Positions 36,690 through 48,574 of a DNA stretch of 64,000 nucleotides are shown piece after piece. The translations under genes were made by a program, and so were the position numbers. Below the pieces are notes generated by a model. That model saw only the letters and a program-made list of their open reading frames with translations, was not told the DNA's origin and did no database searches. Positions within the stretch are counted from its first letter, which is position 1. Every line of letters begins with the position of its first letter. This DNA is from Escherichia coli. GTDB taxonomy: Bacteria; Pseudomonadota; Gammaproteobacteria; Enterobacterales; Enterobacteriaceae. Location: NCBI RefSeq assembly GCF_013122565.1, contig NZ_CP053258.1; one strand, written 5' to 3'.

Positions 36690-37430
36690 ATGTCTATAGA
36701 CTGGAACTGGGGTATTTTTTTACAACAAGCCCCGTTCGGCAACACCACCTATCTTGGTTGGATCTGGAGTGGTTTTCAGGTGACGATCGCTTTGTCGATC
36801 TGCGCCTGGATTATCGCTTTCCTCGTCGGTTCATTTTTCGGCATTTTACGTACCGTTCCAAACCGTTTTCTCTCCGGTCTGGGTACGTTGTATGTCGAAC
36901 TGTTCCGCAACGTGCCGTTGATTGTGCAATTCTTTACCTGGTATCTGGTGATCCCGGAGCTGCTGCCGGAGAAAATCGGCATGTGGTTTAAGGCCGAGCT
37001 GGATCCCAATATTCAGTTTTTCCTTTCATCCATGCTCTGCCTTGGGCTGTTTACCGCCGCCCGTGTTTGCGAACAGGTACGCGCCGCTATTCAGTCGCTG
37101 CCGCGTGGGCAGAAGAATGCCGCGCTGGCGATGGGTCTGACGCTACCGCAGGCTTACCGCTACGTACTGCTGCCTAATGCTTATCGCGTTATCGTCCCGC
37201 CGATGACCTCAGAGATGATGAACCTGGTGAAAAACTCCGCCATCGCCTCGACCATCGGTCTGGTAGATATGGCAGCGCAGGCAGGTAAATTGCTCGACTA
37301 CTCGGCTCACGCTTGGGAGTCGTTTACCGCCATTACGCTGGCGTATGTATTGATTAACGCTTTTATCATGCTGGTGATGACGCTGGTTGAACGTAAAGTT
37401 CGCCTGCCCGGCAACATGGGGGGCAAATAA
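36690..37430 (+). CDS. gltJ: Glutamate/aspartate ABC transporter permease
   Basis: 246 aa polytopic membrane protein with ABC permease EAA-like loop. Confidence 0.93.
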
Positions 37431-38104
37431 TGTACGAGTTTGACTGGAGTTCCATTGTTCCTTCCCTGCCATATCTGCTCGACGGGCTGGTGATCACCCT
37501 GAAAATCACCGTCACGGCAGTCGTGATTGGTATTTTGTGGGGCACCATGCTGGCGGTGATGCGCTTGTCCAGCTTTGCGCCCGTAGCATGGTTTGCCAAA
37601 GCCTACGTTAACGTATTCCGCTCGATTCCTTTAGTTATGGTTTTGCTGTGGTTTTACCTGATCGTGCCGGGTTTTCTGCAAAACGTGCTGGGATTATCAC
37701 CAAAAAATGATATCCGTTTAATTTCGGCGATGGTGGCGTTTTCGATGTTTGAAGCGGCCTACTATTCAGAGATTATCCGTGCCGGTATTCAAAGTATTTC
37801 TCGTGGTCAATCGAGCGCCGCGCTGGCGTTGGGGATGACTCACTGGCAGTCGATGAAACTGATTATTCTGCCGCAGGCGTTCCGCGCGATGGTGCCGCTG
37901 CTGCTCACTCAGGGCATCGTACTGTTCCAGGATACCTCACTGGTGTATGTGTTATCTCTGGCCGATTTCTTCCGTACCGCCTCAACCATTGGTGAGCGTG
38001 ATGGTACGCAGGTTGAGATGATCCTGTTTGCCGGATTTGTTTATTTCGTTATTAGCCTTAGCGCGTCGTTGTTGGTCAGCTACTTGAAAAGAAGGACAGC
38101 ATAA
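37430..38104 (+). CDS. gltK: Glutamate/aspartate ABC transporter permease
   Basis: 224 aa; start overlaps gltJ stop. Confidence 0.93.
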
Positions 38105-38829
38105 TGATTACCCTGAAAAATGTTTCAAAATGGTATGGTCACTTTCAGGTGCTGACCGACTGCTCAACCGAAGTGAAAAAAGGCGAAGTGGTGGTGGTTT
38201 GTGGCCCGTCTGGTTCCGGCAAATCAACGCTGATTAAAACCGTCAACGGCCTCGAACCGGTGCAGCAAGGTGAAATCACCGTCGATGGTATCGTGGTTAA
38301 CGACAAGAAAACCGATCTGGCAAAGCTGCGTTCCCGCGTCGGGATGGTGTTCCAGCATTTTGAGTTGTTCCCCCATTTGTCGATTATTGAAAACCTGACT
38401 CTGGCGCAGGTTAAAGTGCTTAAACGCGATAAAGCACCCGCTCGTGAAAAAGCATTGAAATTGCTGGAGCGCGTGGGACTTTCCGCACATGCCAATAAAT
38501 TTCCGGCACAGCTTTCCGGCGGTCAGCAGCAGCGTGTGGCGATCGCTCGCGCATTATGTATGGATCCTATTGCCATGCTGTTCGACGAACCGACATCGGC
38601 GCTGGATCCGGAGATGATCAACGAAGTGCTGGACGTAATGGTCGAACTGGCGAATGAAGGAATGACCATGATGGTGGTGACCCACGAAATGGGCTTTGCC
38701 CGTAAAGTGGCGAATCGGGTGATCTTTATGGATGAGGGTAAAATTGTCGAAGACTCGCCGAAAGATGCGTTCTTCGATGATCCGAAATCGGACCGCGCAA
38801 AAGACTTCCTCGCGAAAATCCTGCATTAA
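38104..38829 (+). CDS. gltL: Glutamate/aspartate ABC transporter ATP-binding protein
   Basis: 241 aa; Walker [13 protein letters not shown] signature LSGGQQQR, Walker B. Confidence 0.95.
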   Translation: MITLKNVSKWYGHFQVLTDCSTEVKKGEVVVVCGPSGSGKSTLIKTVNGLEPVQQGEITVDGIVVNDKKTDLAKLRSRVGMVFQHFELFPHLSIIENLTLAQVKVLKRDKAPAREKALKLLERVGLSAHANKFPAQLSGGQQQRVAIARALCMDPIAMLFDEPTSALDPEMINEVLDVMVELANEGMTMMVVTHEMGFARKVANRVIFMDEGKIVEDSPKDAFFDDPKSDRAKDFLAKILH

Positions 38830-38946
38830 TCATTCTGGCGCGCATACCCAAGTGCGCGCCATCTCACGCTTTATCGTTTCGCTCCTCGTATCTGTTATAT
38901 CCTGGCGTTACCCTTGTCGCAAAGAAGCACACAACAAGGAGCAACA

Positions 38947-39882
38947 ATGGCACTGCCAATTCTGTTAGATTGCGACCCAGGTCATGACGATGCTATCGCA
39001 ATAGTTCTCGCCCTCGCCTCACCAGAGCTTGATGTCAAAGCAATTACGTCTTCCGCCGGAAACCAGACACCAGAAAAAACCTTACGCAATGTTCTGCGTA
39101 TGCTGACCTTGCTTAATCGCACCGATATTCCGGTAGCCGGCGGCGCGGTAAAACCGTTAATGCGTGAGTTGATTATCGCGGACAATGTGCACGGCGAAAG
39201 CGGTCTGGATGGCCCGGCATTACCGGAACCGACGTTTGCACCGCAAAACTGTACGGCGGTGGAGCTGATGGCGAAAACGCTACGTGAAAGTGCGGAACCT
39301 GTCACAATTGTGTCTACCGGACCGCAAACTAACGTTGCCTTGCTGCTCAATAGCCTCCCGGAACTGCATAGCAAAATTGCCCGTATCGTGATTATGGGCG
39401 GCGCAATGGGGCTTGGTAACTGGACGCCTGCGGCTGAATTTAATATTTACGTTGACCCGGAAGCGGCAGAAATTGTCTTCCAGTCAGGGATCCCGGTGGT
39501 GATGGCCGGTCTGGATGTTACTCACAAAGCACAAATCCACGTTGAAGACACCGAGCGTTTCCGCGCGATTGGCAACCCTGTTTCAACCATTGTTGCCGAA
39601 CTGCTGGATTTCTTCCTCGAATATCATAAAGACGAAAAATGGGGTTTTGTCGGCGCACCGCTGCATGACCCATGCACCATCGCCTGGTTGTTGAAACCGG
39701 AGTTGTTTACCACTGTTGAGCGCTGGGTTGGCGTGGAAACACAGGGGAAATATACCCAGGGTATGACGGTTGTTGATTATTATTATCTGACTGGCAATAA
39801 ACCGAATGCCACCGTAATGGTCGATGTTGATCGTCAGGGCTTTGTTGATTTACTGGCTGATCGTCTGAAATTTTACGCTTAA
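38947..39882 (+). CDS. rihA: Pyrimidine-specific ribonucleoside hydrolase RihA
   Basis: 311 aa from ATG 38947 ([16 protein letters not shown]..., nucleoside hydrolase DxDxxxDD motif); the track ORF starts upstream at 38914. Confidence 0.92.
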   Translation: MALPILLDCDPGHDDAIAIVLALASPELDVKAITSSAGNQTPEKTLRNVLRMLTLLNRTDIPVAGGAVKPLMRELIIADNVHGESGLDGPALPEPTFAPQNCTAVELMAKTLRESAEPVTIVSTGPQTNVALLLNSLPELHSKIARIVIMGGAMGLGNWTPAAEFNIYVDPEAAEIVFQSGIPVVMAGLDVTHKAQIHVEDTERFRAIGNPVSTIVAELLDFFLEYHKDEKWGFVGAPLHDPCTIAWLLKPELFTTVERWVGVETQGKYTQGMTVVDYYYLTGNKPNATVMVDVDRQGFVDLLADRLKFYA

Positions 39883-39965
39883 CACACGTCATTGATTAAG
39901 ATCACCACGCGTTACCTGGGTGGTCTTAATCTGTTTATCTCTTTTTCTTTCAAGATATAAATGCA

Positions 39966-41636
39966 ATGGATAATGCAGAACTCGCCATTGGTATCGATCT
40001 CGGTACTACCAATAGTTTAATTGCCGTCTGGAAAGACGGTGCCGCGCAATTAATTCCAAATAAGTTCGGTGAATATTTAACACCATCCATAATTAGCATG
40101 GATGAAAATAATCATATTTTAGTCGGAAAACCGGCTGTATCACGGCGTACTTCGCATCCGGATAAAACGGCAGCGTTATTTAAACGTGCAATGGGCAGTA
40201 ATACCAACTGGCGGTTAGGCAGCGACACATTTAACGCGCCAGAACTGTCCTCTTTGGTATTACGCTCATTAAAAGAAGATGCCGAAGAATTTCTGCAACG
40301 TCCAATTAAAGATGTGGTGATCTCCGTTCCGGCTTATTTCAGCGATGAACAACGCAAGCATACCCGTTTAGCAGCGGAGTTAGCCGGGTTAAATGCGGTA
40401 CGCTTAATTAATGAACCCACAGCAGCTGCAATGGCGTATGGCCTGCATACCCAACAAAATACCCGTTCGCTGGTGTTTGATCTCGGTGGCGGCACGTTTG
40501 ACGTTACGGTGCTTGAGTACGCCACGCCGGTGATTGAAGTTCACGCCTCCGCTGGCGACAACTTTCTTGGTGGCGAAGATTTTACCCATATGCTGGTCGA
40601 TGACGTTTTAAAGCGCGCGGATGTCGCCAGGAACACGCTTAACGAGAGTGAACTGGCAGCCTTGTACGCCTGCGTAGAAGCGGCAAAATGTAGTAATCAA
40701 TCGCCAATGCACATTCGCTGGCAGTACCAGGATGAAACGCGGGAGTGCGAATTTTACGAGAACGAACTGGAAGATTTGTGGTTGCCGCTGCTCAATCGCT
40801 TGCGAGTGCCGATTGAACAGGCGTTGCGCGATGCGCGTCTGAAGCCGAGTCAAATCGACAGTCTGGTGCTGGTTGGCGGCGCGTCACAAATGCCGCTGGT
40901 GCAGCGAATCGCCGTGCGTCTGTTTGGCAAATTACCGTATCAAAGTTACGATCCGAGCACCATTGTCGCGCTGGGCGCAGCAATCCAGGCCGCCTGCCGC
41001 TTACGCAGTGAAGATATTGAAGAAGTGATCCTCACTGATATTTGCCCTTACTCGTTGGGTGTTGAAGTTAACCGTCAGGGCGTATCCGGCATTTTCTCGC
41101 CGATTATTGAACGAAACACCACAGTACCGGTGTCGCGTGTAGAAACGTACTCGACCATGCACCCGGAGCAGGATTCAATTACGGTTAACGTCTATCAGGG
41201 AGAAAACCACAAAGTTAAAAATAACATTCTGGTGGAATCCTTCGATGTGCCGTTGAAGAAAACCGGGGCTTATCAGTCGATTGATATTCGTTTTAGTTAT
41301 GATATCAACGGCTTGCTTGAAGTTGACGTACTTCTGGAAGACGGCAGCGTTAAGTCCAGAGTCATTAATCATAGCCCGGTAACATTGAGCGCGCAGCAGA
41401 TCGAAGAGAGTCGGACGCGGTTATCCGCATTGAAAATTTATCCGCGCGATATGCTCATCAATCGCACCTTTAAAGCCAAACTGGAAGAGTTGTGGGCGCG
41501 AGCGCTGGGTGACGAGCGAGAAGAGATTGGCCGGGTGATCACCGATTTTGATGCGGCGTTGCAGTCAAACGATATGGCCCGCGTCGATGAGGTCAGGCGG
41601 CGGGCGAGCGATTATTTAGCCATTGAGATCCCATAA
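39966..41636 (+). CDS. hscC: Hsp70-family chaperone HscC
   Basis: 556 aa; Hsp70 signatures IDLGTTNS and DLGGGTFD. Confidence 0.95.
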   Translation: MDNAELAIGIDLGTTNSLIAVWKDGAAQLIPNKFGEYLTPSIISMDENNHILVGKPAVSRRTSHPDKTAALFKRAMGSNTNWRLGSDTFNAPELSSLVLRSLKEDAEEFLQRPIKDVVISVPAYFSDEQRKHTRLAAELAGLNAVRLINEPTAAAMAYGLHTQQNTRSLVFDLGGGTFDVTVLEYATPVIEVHASAGDNFLGGEDFTHMLVDDVLKRADVARNTLNESELAALYACVEAAKCSNQSPMHIRWQYQDETRECEFYENELEDLWLPLLNRLRVPIEQALRDARLKPSQIDSLVLVGGASQMPLVQRIAVRLFGKLPYQSYDPSTIVALGAAIQAACRLRSEDIEEVILTDICPYSLGVEVNRQGVSGIFSPIIERNTTVPVSRVETYSTMHPEQDSITVNVYQGENHKVKNNILVESFDVPLKKTGAYQSIDIRFSYDINGLLEVDVLLEDGSVKSRVINHSPVTLSAQQIEESRTRLSALKIYPRDMLINRTFKAKLEELWARALGDEREEIGRVITDFDAALQSNDMARVDEVRRRASDYLAIEIP

Positions 41637-41643
41637 ACACGGC

Positions 41644-41673
41644 TGCCGGATGCGGCGTAAACGCTGCATCCGG
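41644..41673. repeat. REP-like palindrome between convergent hscC and djlC
   Basis: gccggatgcggcgtaaacgctgcatccggc. Confidence 0.7.
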
Positions 41674-41694
41674 CATCGGCGCCAAAACACATCG

Positions 41695-43146
41695 TCAACT
41701 AAACAACATCGCGATTTTGCCGAGAGCATAACCTATCACCAGCACCGTTAAACTGATTTTGATAATGCCGGTAATGCTCTGTGGTTTTTCATCCTCATCA
41801 TTTTTTTCTTCATGGTTTTCAGGTGTTGGCTCATCGACATCTTCATCCTCCGGCTCGAGTTTCACTTTCGTCAACAGCATCCGGGTGATGATGGCCTCTA
41901 ATGGATGAGCATCTCCACCTTCCAGCCTTGTATTAAGACGGGCCAGCATCTCTTGTTTCGGAAACGCTTCAAGTACTACCTGTTCCGCTACCCGATACAA
42001 ATCCAGTAACGGTGAATCTTGCTCTGTCTCGCTACCGACTCTCGATTTCCACCACGCCCATGCTTTGCGCTTGAAAAATAACGATTCAATAAACGATTGA
42101 CCTAACGGCGATAATTTTCCGCTATGTAAAATTTCCGCCCATAACAGCCGCGTCCGGGCGCTCTCACCAGGAACATATTTCAACGGTTTACCTTGCACAT
42201 CAACCATGCTCTGCGCTTCGATAACCATCACTAACAGCGCGAAATAATCCGGGCAATGTTGTGCGCTCCACTGCAACAACAAATTATCGGCTTGTGTAGA
42301 TGGGTAACTCTCCCGGTATGCGCAGAGATCGGCAAGCAGGCTTTCCCCCTCGCCGCAGTACAAACGTTGTGCACACTGGTAATACCGGGCATCTTCGCTT
42401 TCTGGTTCTTCCATTTGCCACTGTTGGGCAACAGGAATGAGTTCCGCCATACCTGTTTGCACCGAGCTGTACCAGCGCAACAGTTTGCGATGTAACTTTG
42501 CATCATCAGGAATGAACCACGGACCTTCCATCGCCAAAAACGCAGTGACATAGTCAGGATGGTAACGGCAGCAACGTTCCAGCGCGAAGTAATACTCAAC
42601 AGTCTGGTTCTGCAACGCAACAGGATATTCCAGAAGGCTAAGGAAATCGAAACAATCACCAGCCTGAATGGCCTCAAGAAAAGCCTCCCTTTCTTCCTCA
42701 TCCATTCCTTCGCTGTCATTAAACGAATGCCAGTTCAAACGCTCTGCCAGCAAAGAAGCACAATTTAATGAAAGATATCGCGCTTCTATAGCGATTGCAC
42801 ACAGCGGCCAGCGTAATTGATCGACATCCTCCATGTTCCAGGTATTTAATTGCTGAATAAATTTCTGCCAGGCGGAGGGCTGAAAACGATCACTTTCTGA
42901 ATCCAGTAATGCCCTGAATGCACATAGTATTTCATGTTCAGCGGCAGCATCTTTTTCTTCATCATCTGCTTCCTCGACAGGATTTACCGCCAATCGCAAG
43001 GCCTCTTCATAGGCCTGGCGTAATGCTTTAAACCCCTGCGGATCGGTTTCGGGATGACACAACGGTAAGCGAGCAAGATAAGCCTGGCGGATAATGTCTA
43101 TTTGCGTCGTGCTTTCAATTTCGAGGATTTGCCAACATGTTTTCAT
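41695..43146 (-). CDS. djlC: J-domain-like co-chaperone DjlC (YbeV), C-terminal membrane anchor
   Basis: 483 aa; acidic linker and C-terminal hydrophobic helix; paralogous along its length to the 44516-45943 ORF. Confidence 0.88.
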   Translation of the reverse strand: MKTCWQILEIESTTQIDIIRQAYLARLPLCHPETDPQGFKALRQAYEEALRLAVNPVEEADDEEKDAAAEHEILCAFRALLDSESDRFQPSAWQKFIQQLNTWNMEDVDQLRWPLCAIAIEARYLSLNCASLLAERLNWHSFNDSEGMDEEEREAFLEAIQAGDCFDFLSLLEYPVALQNQTVEYYFALERCCRYHPDYVTAFLAMEGPWFIPDDAKLHRKLLRWYSSVQTGMAELIPVAQQWQMEEPESEDARYYQCAQRLYCGEGESLLADLCAYRESYPSTQADNLLLQWSAQHCPDYFALLVMVIEAQSMVDVQGKPLKYVPGESARTRLLWAEILHSGKLSPLGQSFIESLFFKRKAWAWWKSRVGSETEQDSPLLDLYRVAEQVVLEAFPKQEMLARLNTRLEGGDAHPLEAIITRMLLTKVKLEPEDEDVDEPTPENHEEKNDEDEKPQSITGIIKISLTVLVIGYALGKIAMLFS

Positions 43147-43850
43147 AGGTCGCTCACATCCTTAAGCGTTACCGGGCATTCAGGCTGGACAGTCAATGGC
43201 TGCCAGGGAAGCGTGGCATAGAAACGATCGCTTCCCGCTGCCAGCTCTTCGAACATCCGACTCCCGGCGCTATCGTATTTGTACAGGGTTAGCGCCTCGC
43301 GTAACGAAGCGTTGTCTTCGCATTGAGAAGATTGCCAGTAGAGACGCCCTAGTGAATAGGCAGAAAAATAGTGCATCCAGCTGTGATAGTAATGGTGTGC
43401 TCGGACGTAGACGCGCGATTGCAGCCATAAACTCTCGTCTTCCGTCAGCCACTTGTTGAGCACACCGACCCGTGACAGAAACCCCATTCGAACATAATCC
43501 CAGGCTTTGATTCCACCTTCTCCACAGCACATAGCGGTTTGGGCAACGAATTGGGTATAAATCAACCCTCTCTCCGAGCCACCAGCAATTAATGCTTTCC
43601 ACTCTTCAGGGGAAGAGCGATGCCATGTCAGATATAAGCCAGCTAAATCATTAGCATGACCATCATCAGTCATCTGATAAATAGTCTGAATTAAATCATC
43701 ACGATTATTTATTCCCCAGGATGATGAGAGATCGAATTCTTTTATCCCAGTATACATTTTCGGCGAGTCATGCGCGGGTTTGCAACCCTGATTAAGTATT
43801 TCCATTGGCGCAGAAAGCGCAAAAAGAAGATATTGTTCTTCCTTATTCAT
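43143..43850 (-). CDS. ybeU: DUF1266-family protein YbeU
   Basis: 235 aa; 4-bp overlap with djlC start; paralog of the 45940-46647 ORF. Confidence 0.88.
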   Translation of the reverse strand: MNKEEQYLLFALSAPMEILNQGCKPAHDSPKMYTGIKEFDLSSSWGINNRDDLIQTIYQMTDDGHANDLAGLYLTWHRSSPEEWKALIAGGSERGLIYTQFVAQTAMCCGEGGIKAWDYVRMGFLSRVGVLNKWLTEDESLWLQSRVYVRAHHYYHSWMHYFSAYSLGRLYWQSSQCEDNASLREALTLYKYDSAGSRMFEELAAGSDRFYATLPWQPLTVQPECPVTLKDVSDL

Positions 43851-43951
43851 TTGTTAATAATCCCTTAAGTGCATTAACTGACTACTTTTTTATTATTGAT
43901 GAGTATAAACTTGACGCTTTCAAAATAAAAAGAAAATCGAATCATTCACAG

Positions 43952-44506
43952 ATGAATAAAAAATTAATGTATATATTCGCAATATTTATAGTTGCAGCAA
44001 TTACCTGTATTAGCCAACCCAAGAAAACGACGTTGCGTGATAAAGCCATGGCGAATTATGCCTTTGATTATTTAAGCTCACCAGGCAGTCTTCCATTCAC
44101 CACGGCAGCCACGGAGCTTTCCGCGATTCATGGTCACTCAACGTCGCAATATCGCCTTGGCGAATTTTATCTTCATGGTAGCGACGGGAAACCACTGGAT
44201 TATACACAGGCGAGATACTGGTATGAGCAATCAGCAGAACAGGAAAATCCACGCGCGCAAAGTAAACTGGGGTGGATCTACCTCAAAGGTCTGGGGGTCA
44301 AACCCGACACCCGTAAAGCAATTCTCTGGTATAAGGAAGCAGCTGAACAAGGGTATGCTCATGCTCAATATACTTTAGGTTTGATCTACAGAAATGGCTC
44401 AGGTATTAATGTTAACCATTATGAATCTCAAAAATGGTTAAAACTGGCCGCCAAACAACATTACAAAAATGCGGAAAGATTACTTGCCGGGCTTCCCGCA
44501 CATTAA
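43952..44506 (+). CDS. ybeT: Sel1-repeat protein YbeT
   Basis: 184 aa from ATG 43952 (N-terminal hydrophobic segment, then Sel1/TPR-like repeats); the track ORF starts upstream at 43805. Confidence 0.8.
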   Translation: MNKKLMYIFAIFIVAAITCISQPKKTTLRDKAMANYAFDYLSSPGSLPFTTAATELSAIHGHSTSQYRLGEFYLHGSDGKPLDYTQARYWYEQSAEQENPRAQSKLGWIYLKGLGVKPDTRKAILWYKEAAEQGYAHAQYTLGLIYRNGSGINVNHYESQKWLKLAAKQHYKNAERLLAGLPAH

Positions 44507-44515
44507 CGTCGACGG

Positions 44516-45943
44516 TCACCCGAACAGATGGAGTATTTTCCCTATCAAACCAGCAAAGATAAAAATATAGAAAATAATTTTGATGACGCCCAGACAGCCC
44601 GGCCCACCATCATCAACGGGCATTGGTTGCGGTTGCGGCTCCGGTTCGACGGTTTGCTTCTCGGCAAAATTCGCCGACTGAATTAATAACCGTCGAATAA
44701 TTAATGCCTCCAGAGGACAACGATCTTCTGCATCAAGGCGGCTCACAATCGGCATTAATGATTCTTCTGTAGGTTGGCTGGCCTGCACTAATTGTTTGGC
44801 AACTAGATATAATGGCCATAAGGTATGTTCTGTATCACGCGTGAGTGAGATCCGCGGCTTACGTCCTTTGTGCAAAACCATCTCGACCAGTGAACGCCCC
44901 AGAGCAGAGAGTTTTTCATCGCTGAGTATTTCGTATAAATGAAAACGCGTACGGGCGCTGTCGCCGGGGACATAAAGTAGCGGTTTTCCCTGGTCGTTAA
45001 CCAGTTCACGAGCTTCAATCATCATCACCACTAACGGGTAATAATCGACCCGATGCTGACGACACCATTGCAACATTAAAGCATCCGCCTGGGTGGAGGG
45101 ATACTCGCGCCAGTAGTCACAAAGTTCTGCCAGCAGGCTTTCGCCTTCTCCACAATAGACGCGTTGCGCGTATTCATAATAACGCGCATCTTCATTATCA
45201 GGTTCAGCTTCCCGCCACGACCGGGCGTAATCCAGGAGTTCGGGGATATCCAGGCGACCTGCGCTATACCAGCGGAGTAAATTTCTGTGCAGTTTTGCAT
45301 CATCGGGGATAATCACTGCGCGATGTTGCGATAAATACAATGTCAGCCATTCTGGATGCGATGACCAAATCCGGGCGAACATTTGGTAAAAATCGATGGT
45401 GTCATTTTGCACGGCAACGGGCAGATGCAGAATGGTCTGGAAGTTAAAAACATTTCCCTTCGCAATGGCATATAAAAAGGATTCCAGTTCTTCTTCGTCT
45501 ATTTCCCCGGTGTTTTCCTCCTGCAACCACCGCAATCTTTCTGCTAATAACACCACACACTCGAAGGATAAATGGGCAGTGTTCATGGCGATTGTGCACA
45601 GCGACCAGCGTAATTCATCAATCTCTTCCATTGAGCAATAATTTAATTGCTGAATGAATCGCTGCCAGGCGGAAGGCAGAAAACGTTCGCTATCAGAAGC
45701 AAGTAAAGCACGAAAGGCGAGCAGAATTTCATGTTCTGCTACCTCATATTCTTCTGGTTGCCAAACAGATTTAGCAGGCGACTGCGCAATCCGTAGCGCC
45801 TCCTCATACGCCTGACGAAGTTGTTTAAAACCCTGCGGATCGGTTTCTGGATGAAAGGACGGTAACAGCGCCAGATAAGCGCGGCGGATAATATCGACGT
45901 CAGTCGTTTCCTCTATGTTGAGGATCTTCCAGCAATTTTTCAT
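44516..45943 (-). CDS. djlB: J-domain-like co-chaperone DjlB (YbeS), C-terminal membrane anchor
   Basis: 475 aa; paralog of djlC. Confidence 0.88.
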   Translation of the reverse strand: MKNCWKILNIEETTDVDIIRRAYLALLPSFHPETDPQGFKQLRQAYEEALRIAQSPAKSVWQPEEYEVAEHEILLAFRALLASDSERFLPSAWQRFIQQLNYCSMEEIDELRWSLCTIAMNTAHLSFECVVLLAERLRWLQEENTGEIDEEELESFLYAIAKGNVFNFQTILHLPVAVQNDTIDFYQMFARIWSSHPEWLTLYLSQHRAVIIPDDAKLHRNLLRWYSAGRLDIPELLDYARSWREAEPDNEDARYYEYAQRVYCGEGESLLAELCDYWREYPSTQADALMLQWCRQHRVDYYPLVVMMIEARELVNDQGKPLLYVPGDSARTRFHLYEILSDEKLSALGRSLVEMVLHKGRKPRISLTRDTEHTLWPLYLVAKQLVQASQPTEESLMPIVSRLDAEDRCPLEALIIRRLLIQSANFAEKQTVEPEPQPQPMPVDDGGPGCLGVIKIIFYIFIFAGLIGKILHLFG

Positions 45944-46647
45944 AGGTCGCTCATATCCTTAAGCGTTTCAGGGCATGCAGAATAGTAAGCCAATGGTTGC
46001 CAGGACAAGGTAGGGTAATACGCATCATCACTGGCAAATAATTGATAAAACATATCATTGCCGGAATCGTCGTATTCTTTACGCGCTAAGAATTCACGTA
46101 ATAACTGAAGATTATCATCTTCGGGAGACTGCCAATATTGCCGACCAAAGGTATAACCGGCAAAGTATTGCTGCCAGTTACTATAATAACGTAGCGCCCG
46201 TAGATGAATGCGCGACTGGATCCATAGACTTTCTTCTTCGCTCAACCAGTTATTAAGTACGCCCATTCGGCTTAAAAAACCCATCCGGACATAATCCCAG
46301 GCTTTGATTCCCCCTTCGCCACAGCATTCGGCGGTGCTGGCGACAAATTGCGCATAAGCCTGACCTTGCTCATTTAGTTCAGCAAGATAGTCACGCCATT
46401 CACACGGAGAATAACGAAACCAGCGGTGATAAAACCCTGCCAACCGAGCGGCATGACCGTTATCGATCATTCGGTGAATTGTGCGCAGCAGGTCATCACG
46501 GTCATCAATTCCCCATGAGGAAGAAAGGTCAAAAAAGCATGTACCTAAATACATTTTGGGAGATGAATGCGAAGGTAAACAGCATTCATTGCGTATTTCC
46601 ATCGGAGTGGAAAGTGCAAACAATATTTTTTGCGACCCCATGTCCAT
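45940..46647 (-). CDS. ybeR: DUF1266-family protein YbeR
   Basis: 235 aa; 4-bp overlap with djlB start; paralog of ybeU. Confidence 0.88.
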   Translation of the reverse strand: MDMGSQKILFALSTPMEIRNECCLPSHSSPKMYLGTCFFDLSSSWGIDDRDDLLRTIHRMIDNGHAARLAGFYHRWFRYSPCEWRDYLAELNEQGQAYAQFVASTAECCGEGGIKAWDYVRMGFLSRMGVLNNWLSEEESLWIQSRIHLRALRYYSNWQQYFAGYTFGRQYWQSPEDDNLQLLREFLARKEYDDSGNDMFYQLFASDDAYYPTLSWQPLAYYSACPETLKDMSDL

Positions 46648-46662
46648 ATAATTTATCCTTAA

Positions 46663-46681
46663 ACATTCATTTAATGAATGT
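46663..46681. promoter_or_regulatory. 19-bp perfect palindrome (acattcatt-t-aatgaatgt) just upstream of the ybeR RBS; candidate operator
   Basis: 9-bp inverted arms with 1-bp spacer, 16 bp upstream of the ybeR start codon in the divergent ybeR/ybeQ control region. Confidence 0.5.
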
Positions 46682-46810
46682 AAACTACATTTCGAGACTC
46701 AGTTATTTATACTTTTCTGACGCAACATAATACGCATAAAATAAGGCTTACGCAAAAATGGAACACATAAAAATATAATATGTTTTATCTACAACCATAA
46801 GGAAATGATA

Positions 46811-47788
46811 ATGATTTTTACGTCAAGTTGCTGCGATAATTTATCAATAGATGAGATTATCGAACGTGCTGAAAAAGGCGATTGCGAGGCTCAATATATT
46901 GTTGGGTTTTATTATAATCGCGATAGCGCAATTGACTCTCCGGACGACGAAAAGGCCTTTTACTGGCTGAAGCTGGCCGCTGAGCAAGGTCATTGTGAAG
47001 CACAATATTCCTTAGGGCAAAAGTATACCGAGGATAAAAGCCGTCATAAAGATAATGAGCAAGCCATCTTTTGGCTGAAAAAAGCTGCCCTACAAGGCCA
47101 TACTTTCGCTTCCAACGCCCTTGGCTGGATACTGGATCGTGGAGAAGACCCCAACTATAAAGAAGCGGTTGCCTGGTATCAGATAGCCGCGGAGAGCGGA
47201 ATGTCTTATGCGCAAAATAATCTTGGGTGGATGTACAGAAATGGCAACGGAGTCGCACAAGACTATACGCTGGCATTTTTCTGGTACAAACAAGCTGCAT
47301 TACAAGGCCATAGTGACGCGCAAAACAATCTGGCCGATCTTTATGAAGACGGAAAAGGCGTTGCTCAAAACGAGACACTCGCCGCATTCTGGTATTTGAA
47401 AAGCGCACAGCAGGGTAATCGGCATGCTCAGTTTCAAATTGCATGGGATTATAACGCTGGCGAAGGGGTGGACCAGGACTATAAGCAAGCGATGTACTGG
47501 TATCTGAAGGCTGCCGCTCAGGGGAGCGTCGGCGCTTACGTCAACATCGGTTATATGTATAAACACGGACAAGGCGTTGAGAAAGATTATCAGGCCGCCT
47601 TTGAATGGTTTACGAAAGCCGCTGAATGCAATGACGCCACAGCCTGGTATAACCTGGCCATTATGTATCACTACGGAGAAGGAAGACCTGTCGATCTCCG
47701 ACAGGCTCTCGACCTGTATCGTAAAGTTCAGTCATCCGGAACCAGAGATGTCAGTCAAGAAATTCGTGAGATTGAAGATTTACTGTAG
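46811..47788 (+). CDS. ybeQ: Sel1-repeat protein YbeQ
   Basis: 325 aa from ATG 46811 (better RBS spacing than 46805); tandem Sel1 repeats. Confidence 0.85.
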   Translation: MIFTSSCCDNLSIDEIIERAEKGDCEAQYIVGFYYNRDSAIDSPDDEKAFYWLKLAAEQGHCEAQYSLGQKYTEDKSRHKDNEQAIFWLKKAALQGHTFASNALGWILDRGEDPNYKEAVAWYQIAAESGMSYAQNNLGWMYRNGNGVAQDYTLAFFWYKQAALQGHSDAQNNLADLYEDGKGVAQNETLAAFWYLKSAQQGNRHAQFQIAWDYNAGEGVDQDYKQAMYWYLKAAAQGSVGAYVNIGYMYKHGQGVEKDYQAAFEWFTKAAECNDATAWYNLAIMYHYGEGRPVDLRQALDLYRKVQSSGTRDVSQEIREIEDLL

Positions 47789-47799
47789 AGATAAAAACA

Positions 47800-47831
47800 A
47801 GGGCCGGGGAATTTCATTCGGCCCATATTCT
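47800..47831. terminator. Hairpin between convergent ybeQ and ybeL (possible bidirectional terminator)
   Basis: Stem gggccg / cggccc with A-rich 5' and T-rich 3' flanks. Confidence 0.5.
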
Positions 47832-47857
47832 ATTTATTACTCTGCGTAATCAGACTA

Positions 47858-48340
47858 TTACGGCTCAAACGGGCGTCTCTGGAACTGATCATGACCACAT
47901 TTCGGGCATAGCGTCAGCACTTCCGGTGTGTAGATCGGGAGATGGAAGTGACATTTCTCGCAGACCAGATTCCCCAGCCCTACCACTTCTCCGCTGTGAT
48001 AAACCCCATGATGATTGAGGTCCTGGAAAACTTCGCGCCATTCAAGCTGCGTTTTATCGGTGATGTCTGCCAGCTCCTGCCATAAGCTTTCTTTAATCAC
48101 CCGCATAAAGACGCTGTCAGATTCTTCTTTCAGGCTCTCTTCATAGCTCATGGCGAACTCTTCCAGGTCACGTCTGACAGCTCGCGTCAGCTCATCGACC
48201 TCGGTTCGCGTTAACTCCCCTGTTTTTATTACGCGCTCGCGCGCCTGTTCCACCAGTGCGTCGATATCACGTTCGCCATTGCGCAGACGTTCGCTCAGTG
48301 ACGCGACCAGTTCACGGTAATATTGAGCAACCTTGTTCAT
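47858..48340 (-). CDS. ybeL: Zinc-ribbon protein YbeL (DUF1451)
   Basis: 160 aa; C-terminal CxxC...CxxC. Confidence 0.88.
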   Translation of the reverse strand: MNKVAQYYRELVASLSERLRNGERDIDALVEQARERVIKTGELTRTEVDELTRAVRRDLEEFAMSYEESLKEESDSVFMRVIKESLWQELADITDKTQLEWREVFQDLNHHGVYHSGEVVGLGNLVCEKCHFHLPIYTPEVLTLCPKCGHDQFQRRPFEP

Positions 48341-48574
48341 CGTTTCATCTCCCGGGTCGTTAACTGACTATAATAATAGACGTTCTTTGTTCCTTGCTTT
48401 GCTAATACGCCCACAAACTCTGTAAATTAATGTATGAATAATCCGGGCATCATTTCAACGTCGAGTGCGCGAAAGGCTGTTTTGACGCGGACGTTTGGGC
48501 TATGCTATGCGGATCTGAAAAACCACCTCAACGCTACATTTGTAGCCGTATTGAAAACAGGACCACTGGCTGCC

